From Octopus vulgaris (taxonomy: Eukaryota): DNA of 64,000 nucleotides. The position numbers and the translations under genes were made by a program. The stretch is from NCBI GenBank assembly GCA_951406725.2, contig OX597839.1, positions 18,972,001-19,036,000 on the forward strand, in the 5' to 3' direction. Each line of letters begins with the position of its first letter. Position 1 is the stretch's first letter. The notes under the pieces are model-generated. The model was not told where the DNA came from and ran no database searches. It was given only the letters and a program-made list of their open reading frames with translations. Positions 61,301 through 64,000 of the stretch are shown in pieces.

Positions 61301-63085
61301 AAAAAGGAGGGGGACAACGATCAAAATGGATCGAAATCGTTGAGAATATAAGCAAAAAATGTCGAAACAGTACAAAAAGTTCCCAAGAAATGGGGAGGTT
61401 TATCTCTGGAAAGAAAAACCTACGAAAAGACCACAGTAACCTCGGGCAATTACGTCACATATTAATTTATATTTACGAATAAGTAACTCTATGTATTTAA
61501 TATTTTTACGGTTCATAGGATCATGTTCATTCATCCGTGCCAAATATTATCCAAACTCACAAAACCGGGTATGCTTCCGTTCTGCTGCCAGTTGCAGTAC
61601 ACCGCTGCCAGGACGTCTCCAAACAAGTCTGGCATACAATTGCAAAGCGAGACACTGTGGTGTTGACGGTGGTGGTGGCGGTGGTGGTGGTGGTCGTCGT
61701 CGTGGTGTTGGTGGTGGTGATTGTCGTGGTAGTGGTCGTGGTGATGGTGGTGGTGGCTGTCGTGGTGGTGATGGTGTTGGTGGTGGTGGTGGTTCTCGTG
61801 GTGGTGGTGATGATGTTGGTGGTGGTGATGGTGTTGGTGGTGGTGATGGTGGTGGTTGTCGTGGTGGTCATGGTGGTCGTGGCGACGGTGGTGGTGGTGG
61901 TGTTTGTGGCAGAGTTGTTCGTCGTAGTCTTTGACTGTGAAGCTGTCGTCTGGATTCTTCCAATTTTTTCGTGTGTCGGTGGCGGAGTTGGCGTCCAATG
62001 CTCGCACCTGCACCTGTGTTGCTCCTCCCCTTCTTTCCCTCCTTCATGAAGCTGTGGGGAAGGCAGGGTAGGGAAATCAACGTCGTAAGCGTTGTCAAGG
62101 AGACCAGCGTTCTAGAACAACGACTTCATGGCTTGAAGTCGCCAAAACAGAAATGGCTAAGAAAGCCGAAAGCAAATTCTACAAAATGGGGAAACACGCC
62201 ACACAGGGAAGGTTTCCCGTGCAAAGAATTTGCACAACCGAATGTATTTATTAGCTGTCGCACAACTTTTACATAGAAAATAAAATACAATACACAACTT
62301 TTGAAGTTTCGTATTGTCTTTTTTTAACGCTTGTGCAAAATTGGATTTGCTTTTCGTGGTAGTGTTGGTGTCACTTGTAGTGGTTGGGGTTGTAGTAGTG
62401 GTGTTGTTGTTGGCAATTATGGTAGACGACAAAACGACGATATCGTTACTGTTGTTGTCGTTGTTGTTGTTGTAGTTGTTGTTGTTGTTGGTGGTAGTGG
62501 TCGTCGTCGTCGTGGTGTTGGTGGAGATGGTGGTGGTGATGGTGTCGGTGGTGGTGATGGTGGTGGTTGTCGTGGTGATGGTGGTGGTGGTGGTGGTGGT
62601 GGTGGTGGTGGTGGTGGTGTTGGTGGTCGTGGTGGTGACGTGGCAGAGTTGTCCGTCGTAGTCTTTGATTGTGAAGCTGTCGTCTGGTTTCTTCCAATTT
62701 TTGTCGGTGGCGGTGTTGGCGTTCATGCTCGCACCTGCACCTGTGTCGCTCCTCCCCTTCTTTCCCTCCTTCATGAAGCTGTGGGGAAGGCAGGGTAGGG
62801 AAATCAACGTCGTAAGCGTTGTCAAGGAGACCAGCCTTCTTTTAGAACGACGACTTCATGGCTTTGAAGTCGCCAAAACAGAAATGGCTAAGAAAGTCCG
62901 AAAACAAATTTACAAAATGGGGAAACACGTCACACAGGGCAGGTTTCCCGTGCAAAGAATTTTCACAACCGAATGTATTTACATAAATATTATCCGAACA
63001 CAAACTTTTGAAGGCAATAAAAAGGCAAACTTTTGAGGACAATAAAAAGGCAAAGCCGATGTGACTATCGTCCGTCCATAAGATA
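60594..63085. mobile_element. Foldback-type non-autonomous element with long terminal inverted repeats
   Basis: The outer 49 bp (ATATCTTATGGACGGACGATAGTCACATCGGCTTTGCCTTTTTATTGTC) are a perfect inverted match. Arms remain alignable for ~450 bp (60594-61065 vs 62640-63085). A third arm copy lies at 61900-62285. Confidence 0.85.
61211..61299 (+). repeat. Poly-G run (89 nt)
   Basis: Read directly. Confidence 0.95.
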
Positions 63086-63095
63086 TGTATATATA

Positions 63096-63446
63096 CTCTT
63101 TACTCTTTTACTTGTTTCAGTCATTTGACTGCGGCCATGCTGGGGCACCGCCTTTAGTCGAGCAAATCGACCCCTTATTCTTTGTAAGCCCAGTACTTAT
63201 TCTATCGGTCTCTTTTGCCGAACCGCTAAGTGACGGGGGCGTAAACACACCACCATATACAGACAAACACAGACACACACATATATATACATATATACGA
63301 CAGGCTTCTTTCAGTTTCCGTCTACCAAATTCACTCACAAGGCATTGGTCGGCCCGGGGCTATAGCAGAAGACGCCCAAGATGCCACGCAGTGGGACTGA
63401 ACCCGGAACCATGTGGTTGGTTAGCAAGCTACTTACCACACAGCCA

Positions 63447-63449
<3 letters not shown>
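63096..63449 (-). mobile_element. SINE family A with small internal deletions
   Basis: Matches the other family A copies. Confidence 0.85.
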
Positions 63450-63502
<53 letters not shown>

Positions 63503-63833
63503 GAGAGATAGATAGAGAGAGAGACAGACAGAAAGACAGATAGTTAACCAAACAACAACAAACCAACAAACACAATACAATCAACAAGTACGACAATTGC
63601 AACTACAACATCGGCAGCAGCAGCAGCAGACATAACATAACAAAGAACGGACGCTGCAACAACAACAACAACACCGTGCGTATAAAGGTAACCAAGGTGA
63701 CCACGGGTAGATGGATAAATTGAAACAACAATAACAACAGCAACACGAAGAACAGCTAAAATAACAGCAGCAGCCACAGAAACAGTTGTAGTAGCTACAG
63801 CCTCAACGACAACAAGAAACAACAACCACAACC

Positions 63834-63887
<54 letters not shown>

Positions 63888-64000
63888 GTTGCTGCTATAA
63901 CTGCTGCTACTACTACAACTACCACCACATCCACTGCTACTATTACCACTACTACTATTACCAGTGACTACTACTACTAATATTGCTACTACTACCGTCA

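Overview
Eukaryotic, repeat-saturated, mostly non-coding DNA. The SINE families and the extreme microsatellite density fit an octopus (coleoid cephalopod) genome; this is inference from repeat content. No host protein-coding gene can be recognised with confidence, and almost every entry in the ORF track is a translated microsatellite. Supported features: a 5'-truncated Penelope-like retroelement (RT thumb plus GIY-YIG, 13594-15372, minus) with a minimal hammerhead ribozyme in its 3' end; several more hammerhead-like motifs, mostly in short inserts at TA-rich arrays; relics of Tx1/L1-clade and R4/Dong-clade LINEs; an apparently ORF1-only Tx1-like element whose 3' tail is shared with an abundant tRNA-SINE; a decayed DD37D/maT transposon inside a 4.4-kb duplication flanking a 100-N gap (probably an assembly artefact); four non-autonomous Helitrons plus a 5' fragment; a 2.5-kb foldback element with long inverted arms; a 590-bp near-perfect palindrome; and many tRNA-derived SINEs. 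Weaker signals: an RFX X-box plus CCAAT promoter-like island near 46.8-46.9 kb, a possible minus-strand chain of small exons, a structured 132-nt RNA-like segment, and a 4.8-kb mirror-symmetric arrangement of repeats centred near 7.7 kb.
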